This document shows, one piece after another, positions 26,368 through 37,786 of a DNA stretch of 64,000 bases; position 1 is the first letter of the stretch, and each line of letters opens with the position of its first letter. This stretch comes from Parvularculaceae bacterium. GTDB taxonomy: Bacteria > Pseudomonadota > Alphaproteobacteria > Caulobacterales > Parvularculaceae. A model generated the notes under the pieces. That model was not told the DNA's origin and ran no database searches. It saw only the letters and a program-made list of their open reading frames with translations. The stretch lies in NCBI GenBank assembly GCA_034522715.1, contig JAXHLA010000001.1, positions 20,065 to 84,064 on the forward strand, written 5' to 3'. The position numbers and the translations under genes were made by a program.

Positions 26368-26470
26368 TGAATTCTCCCAAACCCGCCGACCAGCTAACAT
26401 TACCCCCGGCGCGCCGCCTCATCACAATTGCTGGCTTGCAATCACGCCCCCGAGCGCGGATAAGCGCGCT

Positions 26471-26570
26471 TGGAAGGCTGGCGGACGGACCCCTCGCCAA
26501 CCCGGTCAGGTCCGAAAGGAAGCAGCCGTAACGAGTTTCGGCCCGGGTCGTTTCAGCCTTCCACTTTTTT
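26471..26570 (+). ncRNA. ffs: Signal recognition particle RNA (4.5S, small bacterial SRP RNA)
   Basis: Conserved domain IV core GGTCAGGTCCGAAAGGAAGCAGCC. Closing helix GGAAGGCTG/CAGCCTTCC. U-tract after the helix. Canonical position upstream of dnaX. Confidence 0.85.
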
Positions 26571-26583
26571 CTCCACAGGCGCC

Positions 26584-26811
26584 ACGCTGATTTTGGTCAC
26601 CGGCGGATCGGGATTTGTTGGTGGCGCGGCAATTGACGCGCTTACTAAGTCGCATTGCTCACGGCGATCTCGAATCTGTTTCCCCCATTCTGCTGAACGG
26701 CGCTGACTGATGAGCCGCGATTGTACGAGGTGCGATGACAAGGCGCGGGCCAAACTCGATTATCGGCCAGTGGTCACCCTGGACGAAGGTCTGGCCCGCC
26801 TTGCGGCCTGA
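26584..26811 (+). pseudogene. Remnant of an NAD-dependent epimerase/dehydratase gene (N- and C-terminal ends only)
   Basis: (ACG)LILVTGGSGFVGGAAIDAL Rossmann start, in-frame TGA at 26704, then a typical epimerase C-terminus KARAKLDYRPVVTLDEGLARLAA*. About 76 codons remain of an expected ~320. Confidence 0.55.
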
Positions 26812-26837
26812 GCGTTCAGGGGGTTAAGTCCGGCGTC

Positions 26838-28510
<1,673 letters not shown>

Positions 28511-28514
<4 letters not shown>

Positions 28515-28834
28515 AGGACCTTGGCGAACTGATGAAGCAGGCGGGCGCGATGCAGGCAAAGCTCGCCAGCGCGCAAGAAGCGATCGCGGCGCTCGAAGTC
28601 GAGGGACAGTCGGGCGGCGGCATGGTGAAGATCGTCATCAACGGCAAAGGCTATGTGAAAGCCGTCGCCATCGAGCGGGCATTGTTGAAGCCTGACGAGG
28701 GCGAAGTCGTTGAAGATCTTATCGCCGCAGCGATGAATGACGCGAAATCGAAACTCGACGTCCGCGCAGCAGAAGAAATGAAAGCGCTGACGGCAGGACT
28801 GCCGCTGCCGCCGGGGATGAAGCTGCCATTTTAA
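28511..28834 (+). CDS. ybaB: YbaB/EbfC family nucleoid-associated protein
   Basis: ATGA overlap with dnaX. MKQAGAMQAKL...GGGMVKIVINGKG...LKPDE...EDLIAAAMNDA. Confidence 0.93.
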
Positions 28835-29121
28835 GACAAATGTGCGGGTACGGCGCGCCCGGTCCAAAGCCAATGCGCCAAAAGGCCAGCCTGTATCAGC
28901 AAAATCAAAGGCAAGCCAAATTTGAAGAGAGGTTTTCGGGTCTTGTGGCGGTGAACGCGCATTGCCAATAAGCCGCACGCGGCCCCGCCAAGGATCGCGG
29001 AGCTCAGGAGCGTCGCCTCTGAAATTCTTCGCTGCCCGCGTTGCGCAGCTGCTTTGTCGTGGGCGAACGCTGCATAGGTCACCAGGTTGATGACAACGAT
29101 GTAGAGTGCGAAAGCGGCCAT
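28831..29121 (-). CDS. DUF1294 membrane protein
   Basis: YAAFAHDKAAAQRGQRRISEATLL...GGAACGLLAMRVHRHKTRK. Stop codon overlaps the ybaB stop (convergent). Confidence 0.8.
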   Translation of the reverse strand: MAAFALYIVVINLVTYAAFAHDKAAAQRGQRRISEATLLSSAILGGAACGLLAMRVHRHKTRKPLFKFGLPLILLIQAGLLAHWLWTGRAVPAHLS

Positions 29122-29220
29122 GATTGTCTTGCGAAGCGTAGTGAGCGGCGGTTACGAGACACGTGATCGATAATTGTCGGAGCCAATCGCAACGACATCG
29201 CAGCGGAACCTTGATTTTCT

Positions 29221-29823
29221 ATGACCGCCACTATTGGGCCTGAGCTGCAGCGGCTCATCGACTTGCTTGCCAAGCTGCCGGGGTTGGGGCCGCGCTCCGC
29301 CAAGCGCGCGGCGCTGCACCTATTGAAGAAGCGCGAGCCGTTGATGCGCCCGCTCGCTTTCGCGCTCGATGACGCAGCGGATAAAGTGAAGGCCTGCGGG
29401 ACTTGCGGCAACTGGGATTCAATCGATCCTTGCGCCGTCTGCGCGGACCCCGCGCGCGATCCGGGTATTCTCTGTGTCGTCGCCGATGTCAGCGACCTCT
29501 GGGCGCTGGAGCGCGCCGGGGCGCACAAGGGCCGCTATCATGTGCTCGGCGGTCTATTGTCGCCGCTCGACGGCATTGGCCCCAGAGAGCTTTCGATCGG
29601 CGCGCTTGTCACGCGCGCGGCATCGGGCGGCCTGAAGGAGATCGTGCTGGCGCTTCCCGCGACAGTCGATGGTCAGACGACGGCGCATTATCTCGGCGAT
29701 GAGCTCCAGTCCGCGAATGTCGCGATCACGCGACTTAGCCAGGGCGTGCCGGTTGGCGGAGAGCTTGATTATCTCGATGAAGGAACGCTAGCGGCGGCAA
29801 TGAAGACGCGTCGCCCGCAATGA
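29221..29823 (+). CDS. recR: Recombination protein RecR
   Basis: [13 protein letters not shown] HhH motif, C4 zinc finger CGTCGN...CAVC, Toprim region. Confidence 0.95.
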   Translation: MTATIGPELQRLIDLLAKLPGLGPRSAKRAALHLLKKREPLMRPLAFALDDAADKVKACGTCGNWDSIDPCAVCADPARDPGILCVVADVSDLWALERAGAHKGRYHVLGGLLSPLDGIGPRELSIGALVTRAASGGLKEIVLALPATVDGQTTAHYLGDELQSANVAITRLSQGVPVGGELDYLDEGTLAAAMKTRRPQ

Positions 29824-30854
29824 CGACCGAGGCGCAAGGCATTCTCGAAGGGCTGTGGTATCTGGCCGCCTTGTCGCGTGAGGTCCGGCGCGGCGCGATG
29901 ATGCGGCGCATTCTTTTTGGCGAGCCGGTTGTTGTCGGGCGCACCGCAGCCGGCGCGGCGTTTGCGCTTCGCGATGTTTGTCCGCACCGCGCCGCGCCGC
30001 TCTCGGCGGGACGCGTCACGGGCGACGCGGTCGAATGTCCCTATCACGCCTGGACTTTCAGCGTCGGCGACGGCCGCTGCGTCAGCATCCCGGCCTTGCC
30101 CTCAAATGATGTGCGCGACAGCGCCAGCATACGCGTTGCGCGCTATACGCTGCATGAAGCGAATGGACTGATCTGGATCTGGTACGGCGAGGGCGCGCCG
30201 GGGTTGGCGCCGCCGGATATCGGGTTGCCGGGCGCGTTCCTGCCGAAGACAACGACAGTTGTTGAAACCTCTGGACCATTCGACGAGGCCGTCGTCGGCC
30301 TTGTCGATCCTGCACATACGCCGACCGTCCACAAACAATGGTGGTGGCGCGAAGGCGCCCCACGTGCTGACAAGGCAAAGGCTTTCGAGCCGACCGCGCT
30401 CGGCTTCAAGATGATTGCGCACGCGCCATCGTCGAATTCGCTTATCTACAAGGCGATTGGCGGCGCGCCAGTGACGGAGATCGAATTTCGCCTGCCTGCG
30501 CTCCGGCTCGAACACGTCCGAACGAATGACCGGCGCATTCTTGCGCTGACGGCGATGACGCCGGGAGAGGCGGGGGTGACGCGCATTGTCCATCTTCTTT
30601 ATTGGGATTTTGCAGTCTTCGATTTGGTTCAGCCGCTTGCGCAGCTGATGGCGAACGATTTCCTCAAGCAGGATGGCGACATCCTCCGCCTGCAGAATGA
30701 AAATATGAAGCGCTTGCGCCATCGCCCGCTCTATCTTGGCGACGCCGATGAACCGGCAAAATGGTATTTCGCTTTGAAGCGCAGCTGGGATCAGCGCGGT
30801 CCCCAAGGCTTCGTCAACCCGCTGGGGCCCTCAATCTTGCGGTGGCGAACCTGA
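29820..30854 (+). CDS. Rieske [2Fe-2S] oxygenase (PaO/KshA-like alpha subunit)
   Basis: ATGA overlap with the recR stop. Rieske motifs CPHRAAPL...CPYHAWTF. Non-heme iron region DPAHTPTVH. Confidence 0.85.
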   Translation: MTTEAQGILEGLWYLAALSREVRRGAMMRRILFGEPVVVGRTAAGAAFALRDVCPHRAAPLSAGRVTGDAVECPYHAWTFSVGDGRCVSIPALPSNDVRDSASIRVARYTLHEANGLIWIWYGEGAPGLAPPDIGLPGAFLPKTTTVVETSGPFDEAVVGLVDPAHTPTVHKQWWWREGAPRADKAKAFEPTALGFKMIAHAPSSNSLIYKAIGGAPVTEIEFRLPALRLEHVRTNDRRILALTAMTPGEAGVTRIVHLLYWDFAVFDLVQPLAQLMANDFLKQDGDILRLQNENMKRLRHRPLYLGDADEPAKWYFALKRSWDQRGPQGFVNPLGPSILRWRT

Positions 30855-32067
30855 CGCCTGTTGCCGGCAGGGCGCGGCGGGCAACGATGCCGAGCGCCAG
30901 AAACGCCGCAAGCGCGCTGACCGACAACGACGGTTCAGCGTCGCTTCCTGGCGATTGCAGCGTCAGAATCCAGAGAATGATCAGCGACAGCTTTTCGCCT
31001 TTAAGCCACGCTGTCGCAGCGGCGCGCCTGGCGATGACAATCATTGCGGGAATCGCAATCACGAACTCATAGTAAAAGGCATAGGGCGTCGCCATGATTG
31101 CTGCGGTCGACAAAGCCGCCAGCCGCAAGTCAGGCTCCTTCACGCGCCGCCAAACGATCGCAACGAATGCCGCGAGCGACAGCGTCGCGAGAAGCTGCAT
31201 GGCGCTGGCAATCGCAGGCGCAAAACCAATCTTAGCGGCGAAGCCGAACGGCGTCCCCAGTTTGTGGAAGGGAAACCCTTCCGTCGCCAACCGCCCACCA
31301 TGCGCGAAAAGTCCGTTGAGGAACGCGCCCCAGAGTTCTGGACCGAAGGCGGCGACACTCGCTGCGGCGAGCAACAGCGCGGTCGCGGCCGCCCACGCAA
31401 ACGCCCGCCAGCAGCCGCCGGCGATGAATGCGATCGGGACGAGAACGCCAAGCTGCGGCTTGATGGTGAGAAGGCCAGCGGCGATCCCGGCAAGAGCCGG
31501 CCGTTTTTCGGCAAATCCGCCGGCGAGCGCGAGCAGCGACGCGGTCAGCAGGCCATTCTGACCTGTGATGATCGCCTGAAAAAAAGGCGGCGCGGTGATC
31601 GCGAACGCCATCGCCCAACGATCCGCCCACAGACGGTAGATGACCATCAGAAAAATAGCCGCAAAAGTAATGACCCAGGCGCTATAGGCGGCGAGATAGG
31701 GATGGTCTCCGAAGGGCGCGACAAGAAGGAACATTGTTGGCGGATACATCCAGCCGAAATTCATCTCTCCGCGTCCGGGGTAGCGCGCTTGCAACTCCGC
31801 CTTGAGATTTTTCATCTCGTAAATCGCCCCGAGATCGTCGTCGCGCGTTCGCTCAGCGGCATGTTGGAAGACGATGAAGTCGCCGCCGATGATTGGGCCG
31901 GCGCGCGTAAAGAGATCGTCCGAGGTCGCGATCAGCTCAGCCCACATTGAGCCCGCAACGGCGAGATAAAGCCCCGCGAACGCTGCAAGCACCAACCGCA
32001 AATGCCGCGTTCCAAGCTCAAAAAAGAGCGGATACCGGCGCTCAATCAGTGATAAAACCGCGTTCAT
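30814..32067 (-). CDS. GT87/DUF2029-type polytopic membrane glycosyltransferase
   Basis: About 10 TM helices. N-terminal loop GGDFIVFQHAA...YPPTMFLLVAP, typical of DUF2029 polyprenyl-phosphate-sugar dependent transferases. 3' end overlaps the Rieske gene by 41 nt (convergent). Confidence 0.75.
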   Translation of the reverse strand: MNAVLSLIERRYPLFFELGTRHLRLVLAAFAGLYLAVAGSMWAELIATSDDLFTRAGPIIGGDFIVFQHAAERTRDDDLGAIYEMKNLKAELQARYPGRGEMNFGWMYPPTMFLLVAPFGDHPYLAAYSAWVITFAAIFLMVIYRLWADRWAMAFAITAPPFFQAIITGQNGLLTASLLALAGGFAEKRPALAGIAAGLLTIKPQLGVLVPIAFIAGGCWRAFAWAAATALLLAAASVAAFGPELWGAFLNGLFAHGGRLATEGFPFHKLGTPFGFAAKIGFAPAIASAMQLLATLSLAAFVAIVWRRVKEPDLRLAALSTAAIMATPYAFYYEFVIAIPAMIVIARRAAATAWLKGEKLSLIILWILTLQSPGSDAEPSLSVSALAAFLALGIVARRALPATGVRFATARLRAPAG

Positions 32068-32136
32068 TGCGTTCGTTTACGATCGCGCAATAAACGAACC
32101 GTTATCTAAGGCGAGGGATCGGCGCCGGCGGAGATC

Positions 32137-33183
32137 ATGCACGAAGCGGCTGAAGCGACTTTGGCGGCGGCGATTGCGCCGCGCCACGAACGCCGTCCAG
32201 CGCTGCTGTCGGTCGTTTGCCCGGCCTTTAACGAAGTGGAAACCTTAGGCGGCTTTGCCGCGCGCGTCGAAGGCGTGATGCGCGCGCTCGGCCAGCCTTT
32301 TGAGATCGTTTTCGTCAATGACGGCAGCCGCGATGCAACGCTCGCGCGCATGATGTCGATCCGCGCGGCGCGCGGTAATGTCACGATTGTCGATCTCAGC
32401 CGCAATTTCGGCAAGGAGATTGCGACGACGGCGGGCCTTGATCATGCGAAGGGCGACGCTGTCGTCGTCATGGACGCCGATCTGCAGGATCCGCCCGAAG
32501 TTATCGCCGCGATGATCGATGGTTGGCGCGAGGGCTATGAAGTCGTGTACGCGCGCCGGCGCATGCGTCATGGCGATGGACCAATCAAGCGCCTGACGGC
32601 CGCGCTTTTCTACAAGTTGATGAGACGCGCAGGCTCGGTCGATCTCCCCGAGAATGTCGGCGATTTCCGGCTGATGAGTCGCAAGGCGGTTGACGCGGTC
32701 TGCGCTTTGCGAGAGCGCCACCGCTTCATGAAGGGCATTTTCGCCTGGGTCGGCTTTCCGTCCAAGGAAGTTATCTATGATCGCGAACCGCGCAGCGCCG
32801 GCAAAACCAAGTGGAACTACTGGCGCCTTATCAACCTCTCAATCGAAGGCATCACCTCGTCGACAATCGCGCCCTTGCGGGTATCGACCTTTCTTGGCTT
32901 TGCAACAGCCTTCTTTGCTTTCGCTGCGGGAATTTTCTTTGTCGCCAAGACGCTCTTTTACGGTGATCCGGTCGCAGGCTTTCCGAGCCTGATCATCGCG
33001 ATGCTGTTTCTCGGCGGCGTCCAGCTGATGGTGCTCGGCGTCATCGGCGAATATCTCGGGCGTGTTTTCAACGAAACAAAAAACCGCCCGCTCTATTTCG
33101 CGACAACCATCTTGCCAGCTGTAACCGCCGCCCCCGCTCTTTCAGGCGAAGCTGTGTCCATTCAGCGGGCGGTACATGGTTGA
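32137..33183 (+). CDS. Polyprenyl-phosphate glycosyltransferase (GT2, GtrB/ArnC-like)
   Basis: LSVVCPAFNE, FVNDGSRD, DADLQDPPE, and two C-terminal TM helices. Confidence 0.88.
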   Translation: MHEAAEATLAAAIAPRHERRPALLSVVCPAFNEVETLGGFAARVEGVMRALGQPFEIVFVNDGSRDATLARMMSIRAARGNVTIVDLSRNFGKEIATTAGLDHAKGDAVVVMDADLQDPPEVIAAMIDGWREGYEVVYARRRMRHGDGPIKRLTAALFYKLMRRAGSVDLPENVGDFRLMSRKAVDAVCALRERHRFMKGIFAWVGFPSKEVIYDREPRSAGKTKWNYWRLINLSIEGITSSTIAPLRVSTFLGFATAFFAFAAGIFFVAKTLFYGDPVAGFPSLIIAMLFLGGVQLMVLGVIGEYLGRVFNETKNRPLYFATTILPAVTAAPALSGEAVSIQRAVHG

Positions 33184-33610
33184 TCTTGCTCCGGGCGTGA
33201 CGGAGCCGCCGCGCGCGATCACCGATCATGCTGGCGGTCTGGCGCGCTTTGGCGCCGTCGGCGTCTTTAATGTGGCGACCGAATTTACGGTCTTTGGGCT
33301 GCTCATCGCGGCGGGCCTTGTTCCGGTCGCGGCCAACGCGATCGGGTTCCTTTGTGCGAATGCCCAGAGCTATATTGTCAACGCGCGCTTCACGTTTCGC
33401 GTGAACGGGGCGCCCTCGCCGTTGTCTCTCTCGACATACGGCCGATTTCTTGCGGCGCATTGCGCAGCGCTGGTCGTTTCGACGACCTTTCTCGTCCTGC
33501 TCGGACCTGCCATCGGTCTTTTTCAGGCGAAGGCGGCAGCAGTTCTCGTGAGCTTCCTGCTCAACTACGCGATGAGCGCGCGCTTTGTGTTCGGTTGCAA
33601 CCAGCCTTGA
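33176..33610 (+). CDS. GtrA family membrane protein
   Basis: 8-nt overlap with the GtrB-like gene. RFGAVGVFNVATEF...NAQSYIVNARFTF, 4 TM helices. Confidence 0.8.
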   Translation: MVDLAPGVTEPPRAITDHAGGLARFGAVGVFNVATEFTVFGLLIAAGLVPVAANAIGFLCANAQSYIVNARFTFRVNGAPSPLSLSTYGRFLAAHCAALVVSTTFLVLLGPAIGLFQAKAAAVLVSFLLNYAMSARFVFGCNQP

Positions 33611-33612
33611 CC

Positions 33613-35406
33613 TTAACGCAGCGGGAACAGTGGCCGCGCCGTCGTCGGCTGCCCGGCAGGAGCGCTTTCCGCTTCCAGATCCCCGATCCGGTCTCCCGCT
33701 GGCATTGACGGCGCGGTGACGCCCCGCCCGACCGCGGACAGGTGATAGGCGCTGCGTGGCGGCGGGGCCGGCGCGCGCGGCGGGATCGCTGGTTCGGCTT
33801 GCGGCTGCGCTCGGGCATGCAAATCTTCAAGCGCGGCGATACGGCGCCGAAGATCAGTCATCTCGCTCGTCATGCGCTGGCTATCGTCGCGCAAGAACGC
33901 AGCGCCGCCTGCGCGTGGCTCAGCGGCGGAAAGGGCAGCCTGGATCGTATGCAGCGTTGCGATCAACGTCGTCGGCGAGACAATCCAGACCCGGGCGCGC
34001 CATGCGTCCTGAACGACGTCGGCGAAGCGCTGGTGAAGCTCCGTATACATAGCTTCAGACGGCAGAAAGAGAATCGCCGAATCGGCCGTCTCACCGGGCG
34101 AGATCAGCCGCTCAGCGATATCGACGACATGGCGGATGGCGATGCGCCGGAATTCGCTTTCAGCCTCTCCCGCACGCCGCGCGTCGGCGTTTCGCAAGAG
34201 CGCGAAGGCTTCGACGGGGAACCGCGCGTCAATGGCGATCGGGCCCGAGGGGCGCGGCAGGTTCACGAGGCAGTCGGCGCGCCGGCTGTTCGACAGGCTC
34301 GCCGGCATTTTATAGGCGTCTGGCGACAGTGAATTGCGTACGACTTCGGCGAGTTGCACCGAAGGAGATGCGGTGTCGCGCGCGCCGGTAATCGCCTGAC
34401 GCAACAGCGCGAGTTCCTGTTGCAGCGCCGCCGGATCGACCGCCGCGGCACGGTCAAGGCGATCGCGTACGAACGCCACGTCGCGCGCGATATCAGCGAG
34501 CGCGGCGGACGGCGCCTCGGCGTTTGCGGCAGGCGTGCGCTCGACGGCGACGGCAATGGCGTCAAGACGCGCGCCAAGGCGCTGCGCGAAGGCGTCGAGC
34601 AGGGCGCGCGTCTCTGACTGGATCGCTTCGCGTTGGGCCGTCATCGCTTCCTCAACGTCGGATAGCGTGCGTGAATAATCCTCTGCGCCACTAAACGCGG
34701 GCTGAGGCGGCGCGACGGGGCGGCGCGCTTCTTCTTCGCGCCGTCTCTGATCCCAGAATTCCGCATCGCGACGGCGACGCTCCTCTTCCTGATTAAGGCG
34801 CATTTCCCGGTCGCGCCGCTCGCGGTCGGCTTCCGCTGCGCGCTGGCGTTCTTCAGCCTGGCGTAGGGCGAGTTCCGTCTCAGCCGCGCGCTGCTGCGCC
34901 GCGCGTTCGGCCTCGATCTCGTCTTCTAACCGAGTGTTGATCTCATCAGCGGCTTCACGCTCCGCCAAAGCGGGTCCGCGCTCGATCTTGACGCTGGCGA
35001 AACCCTCGCCCGGATTCTCGAAGACCTCTGTCGCTTCGCCGCTGTCGATCGCAGGCTTGCGGTCCTTTTGCGCAAATAGCCCTTCAAAGGCCCCGCGCTT
35101 TTTTGGTGCAGCCAAAGCCGGTCGCTCGGCGAAGGGCTCGGCGAGAGCTTCGGGTTTGGGGTCGTCAAACGTGATCTCGGCGCCATCGCCCGCTGGTTTG
35201 AAAAATTCGCCTTGCTCCTTCATATGGCGCCTGCGGGCGCCGGCGCGTCCGCGCAGCAGCAGCGCAAAGACGATCGCCATGATGGCAAGAACCGAAATCG
35301 TGAGGAGCCATAACACTTCGACAGGGCCTGTGATGAGCGGCGCCGGCGCGGTCAATACCGCCTCCGTCGCATTCCCCTCAAGCATGGGCCCCGGCGAGGC
35401 TTGCAT
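33613..35406 (-). CDS. rmuC: DNA recombination protein RmuC with a long TM + E/R/A-rich coiled-coil N-terminal region
   Basis: C-terminal RmuC core (ADCLVNLP...IAIDARFP...[10 protein letters not shown]...[11 protein letters not shown]). Start uncertain (ATG 35406; the ORF extends to 35460). Confidence 0.85.
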   Translation of the reverse strand: MQASPGPMLEGNATEAVLTAPAPLITGPVEVLWLLTISVLAIMAIVFALLLRGRAGARRRHMKEQGEFFKPAGDGAEITFDDPKPEALAEPFAERPALAAPKKRGAFEGLFAQKDRKPAIDSGEATEVFENPGEGFASVKIERGPALAEREAADEINTRLEDEIEAERAAQQRAAETELALRQAEERQRAAEADRERRDREMRLNQEEERRRRDAEFWDQRRREEEARRPVAPPQPAFSGAEDYSRTLSDVEEAMTAQREAIQSETRALLDAFAQRLGARLDAIAVAVERTPAANAEAPSAALADIARDVAFVRDRLDRAAAVDPAALQQELALLRQAITGARDTASPSVQLAEVVRNSLSPDAYKMPASLSNSRRADCLVNLPRPSGPIAIDARFPVEAFALLRNADARRAGEAESEFRRIAIRHVVDIAERLISPGETADSAILFLPSEAMYTELHQRFADVVQDAWRARVWIVSPTTLIATLHTIQAALSAAEPRAGGAAFLRDDSQRMTSEMTDLRRRIAALEDLHARAQPQAEPAIPPRAPAPPPRSAYHLSAVGRGVTAPSMPAGDRIGDLEAESAPAGQPTTARPLFPLR

Positions 35407-35532
35407 GGTTACTCCCCAAAAACTCAACAACACCCGACATTTAGGGTAGTCGAACTCCACCGCAAAGGCGAGCGATCAAGGTCCCTTGAGACCGCCTTGA
35501 CGGGCCGGGACCGCCGCCATACCTCACCCATT

Positions 35533-36051
35533 ATGGCAACAAGAGACATACTGACTGCGCCCGACCCCCGCCTCCGGCAGGTGTCGATGAGCGTTGACGG
35601 CGTCGATGACGCGGTCCGCGCGCTCATGGATGACATGCTGGAGACGATGTACGAGGCCGACGGAATCGGCCTTGCCGCGATCCAGATCAACGTGCCCAAA
35701 CGCATCATCGTCATGGACCTCGCGAAGGAAGACGAGGCCAAAGCGCCGATGTATTTCGTCAATCCGGAAATCCTTAATCCATCTGAAGAAACAAGCCTCT
35801 ATCAGGAGGGCTGTCTGTCGGTCCCGGAGTTTTACGAAGATGTCGAGCGGCCGGCGCGCTGCCGTATCCGGTTCCTCGATTACGATGGCAATCCTCAGAC
35901 GCTTGACGCCGAGGGCATCCTCGCGACCTGCATCCAGCACGAAATGGATCATCTCAACGGCGTTCTCTTCATCGACCACATCTCGCGGTTGAAGCGCGAC
36001 CGGATCATCCGGAAGCTGAAAAAAGATCTGCGTCTCGCGCTGCCGGCGTGA
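35533..36051 (+). CDS. def: Peptide deformylase
   Basis: [18 protein letters not shown] motifs. ATG at 35533. Confidence 0.95.
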   Translation: MATRDILTAPDPRLRQVSMSVDGVDDAVRALMDDMLETMYEADGIGLAAIQINVPKRIIVMDLAKEDEAKAPMYFVNPEILNPSEETSLYQEGCLSVPEFYEDVERPARCRIRFLDYDGNPQTLDAEGILATCIQHEMDHLNGVLFIDHISRLKRDRIIRKLKKDLRLALPA

Positions 36052-36110
36052 GCCCATTTTAACCAAACGCTGCGGCGCCTGAAACACGCCTGTTTTGGAG
36101 AATCGGGCCG

Positions 36111-37040
36111 ATGCGCTTCGTGTTTATGGGGACTCCGGCCTTCGCGGCGCGCGCGCTTGAAGCGCTGATCGCTGCGCCGGGGGAGATCGCGGCCGTCTAT
36201 ACGCGGCCCCCTCAGCCCGCCGGACGCGGCAAAAAGGAAACGCTGTCGCCTGTTCACGCGTTGGCGCTGACACATGGGCTGCGCGTGCTGACGCCCAAGG
36301 GGTTTCGGAAGGAAGAGGCGCGCGCCGAACTTGCCAACCTGAAGCCAGACGTTGCCATCATCGTCGCTTACGGGGTCATCCTGCCGCAAGCCGCGCTCGA
36401 CATCCCTGTGCATGGATGTTTCAACATTCACGGGTCCTTGTTGCCGCGCTGGCGGGGTGCGGCGCCGATCCAGCGGGCGATCATGGCGGGCGACGCCGAG
36501 ACCGGCGTTCAAATCATGAAGATGGAGGCAGGTCTTGATACCGGCCCTATCGCCATGACCCGCAGGATCGAGATCCGCGCCGATGATACCGCCGCAAGCC
36601 TCCATGACCGGCTCGCCGATGCGGGGGCCGCGTTGCTCACCGAATTCATCGCGACACTTGAAAATGGCTCCGTTAACCTGACGCCGCAAATAGCGGCCGG
36701 CGTGACGTACGCCGAGAAGATTTCTCCGGCAGAAGCGCGACTCGATTGGACGCAGCCAGGCGTCGTGGTCGACCGAAAGATCCGCGGCCTGTCGCCGTTT
36801 CCCGGCGCGTGGTTTGAGGCCGATATCGGCCGCGGTCCGGAGCGCGTGAAGGCGCTGCTCTCGCGCGTCGCCTCTGGGCGCGCGATGCCGGGTGACATTG
36901 TGCGGGCGGACGATCGATTGATCGTCGGCTGCGGCGACGGCGCTGTCGAAATGCTGACGCTCCAGCGCGCCGGCAAATCCCCGCAAGGCGCGGCGGATTT
37001 CCTGCGCGGCTTTCCGCTGCGTGCGGGCGCAAGGATTTAG
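36111..37040 (+). CDS. fmt: Methionyl-tRNA formyltransferase
   Basis: MRFVFMGTPAFA, NIHGSLLPRWRGAAPIQRAI. Confidence 0.95.
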   Translation: MRFVFMGTPAFAARALEALIAAPGEIAAVYTRPPQPAGRGKKETLSPVHALALTHGLRVLTPKGFRKEEARAELANLKPDVAIIVAYGVILPQAALDIPVHGCFNIHGSLLPRWRGAAPIQRAIMAGDAETGVQIMKMEAGLDTGPIAMTRRIEIRADDTAASLHDRLADAGAALLTEFIATLENGSVNLTPQIAAGVTYAEKISPAEARLDWTQPGVVVDRKIRGLSPFPGAWFEADIGRGPERVKALLSRVASGRAMPGDIVRADDRLIVGCGDGAVEMLTLQRAGKSPQGAADFLRGFPLRAGARI

Positions 37041-37045
37041 CGCCG

Positions 37046-37786
37046 ATGCCGCGCTACAAGGTCATTCTTGAATTCGACGGCGGACCGTTCGTCGGTTGGC
37101 AACGGCAGAACAACGGGCGCTCGGTGCAAGAAGCGCTGGAAGACGCCGTTTTCAAATTCAGCGGCGAACGCGCCGACGCTTTTTCCGCCGGACGCACCGA
37201 CGCTGGCGTGCACGCGATCGGGATGCCGGCGCATTTCGATCTCGAAAAGCCGCGCCCGCCGGGCGTCGTGCGCGATGCGTTGAACTTTCATCTCAAACCG
37301 GAACCCATCGCGGTCCTCGACGCCGAGGAGGTCACCGCCGAATTCCATGCGCGGTTTTCAGCGCTCGCCCGGCGCTATCGCTATCGCATCGTCAATCGCC
37401 GTGCGCCTTTGACACTCGATGCGGGTCGCGCCTGGCGCCTCGCCCCGCCCATCGATGCGGATGCGATGCACATCGCCGCGCAGGTGCTGGTCGGACGTCA
37501 TGATTTCACGACGTTTCGCGCCGCGACTTGCCAGGCAGACGGGTCTGTCAAAACGTTGACGTCGATTTCGGCCTACCGGCGCGGCGAGGAAGTGTTCATC
37601 GAAACTGCGGCGCGATCGTTTCTTCACCATCAGGTGCGCTCGATGGCGGGATCGCTCGCCGAGGTTGGCATGGGGCGCTGGTCGGCGGCCGATTTCGATG
37701 CGGCGTTCCGCGCCGCCGACCGGACACGCTGCGCGCAAGTAGCGCCCGCTGAGGGGCTCTATTTTATCAGCGCCGATTACGCATGA
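37046..37786 (+). CDS. truA: tRNA pseudouridine(38-40) synthase
   Basis: RYKVILEFDGGPFVGWQRQ, GRTDAGVHA catalytic Asp motif. Confidence 0.95.
   Translation: MPRYKVILEFDGGPFVGWQRQNNGRSVQEALEDAVFKFSGERADAFSAGRTDAGVHAIGMPAHFDLEKPRPPGVVRDALNFHLKPEPIAVLDAEEVTAEFHARFSALARRYRYRIVNRRAPLTLDAGRAWRLAPPIDADAMHIAAQVLVGRHDFTTFRAATCQADGSVKTLTSISAYRRGEEVFIETAARSFLHHQVRSMAGSLAEVGMGRWSAADFDAAFRAADRTRCAQVAPAEGLYFISADYA

Noticed and set aside
25853-26500. 215-aa - strand ORF overlapping the DoxX-like gene and reaching into the SRP RNA region.
   Set aside because: Its translation is Arg-rich with no features. The alternative frame encodes a clean 4-TM protein with an RBS.
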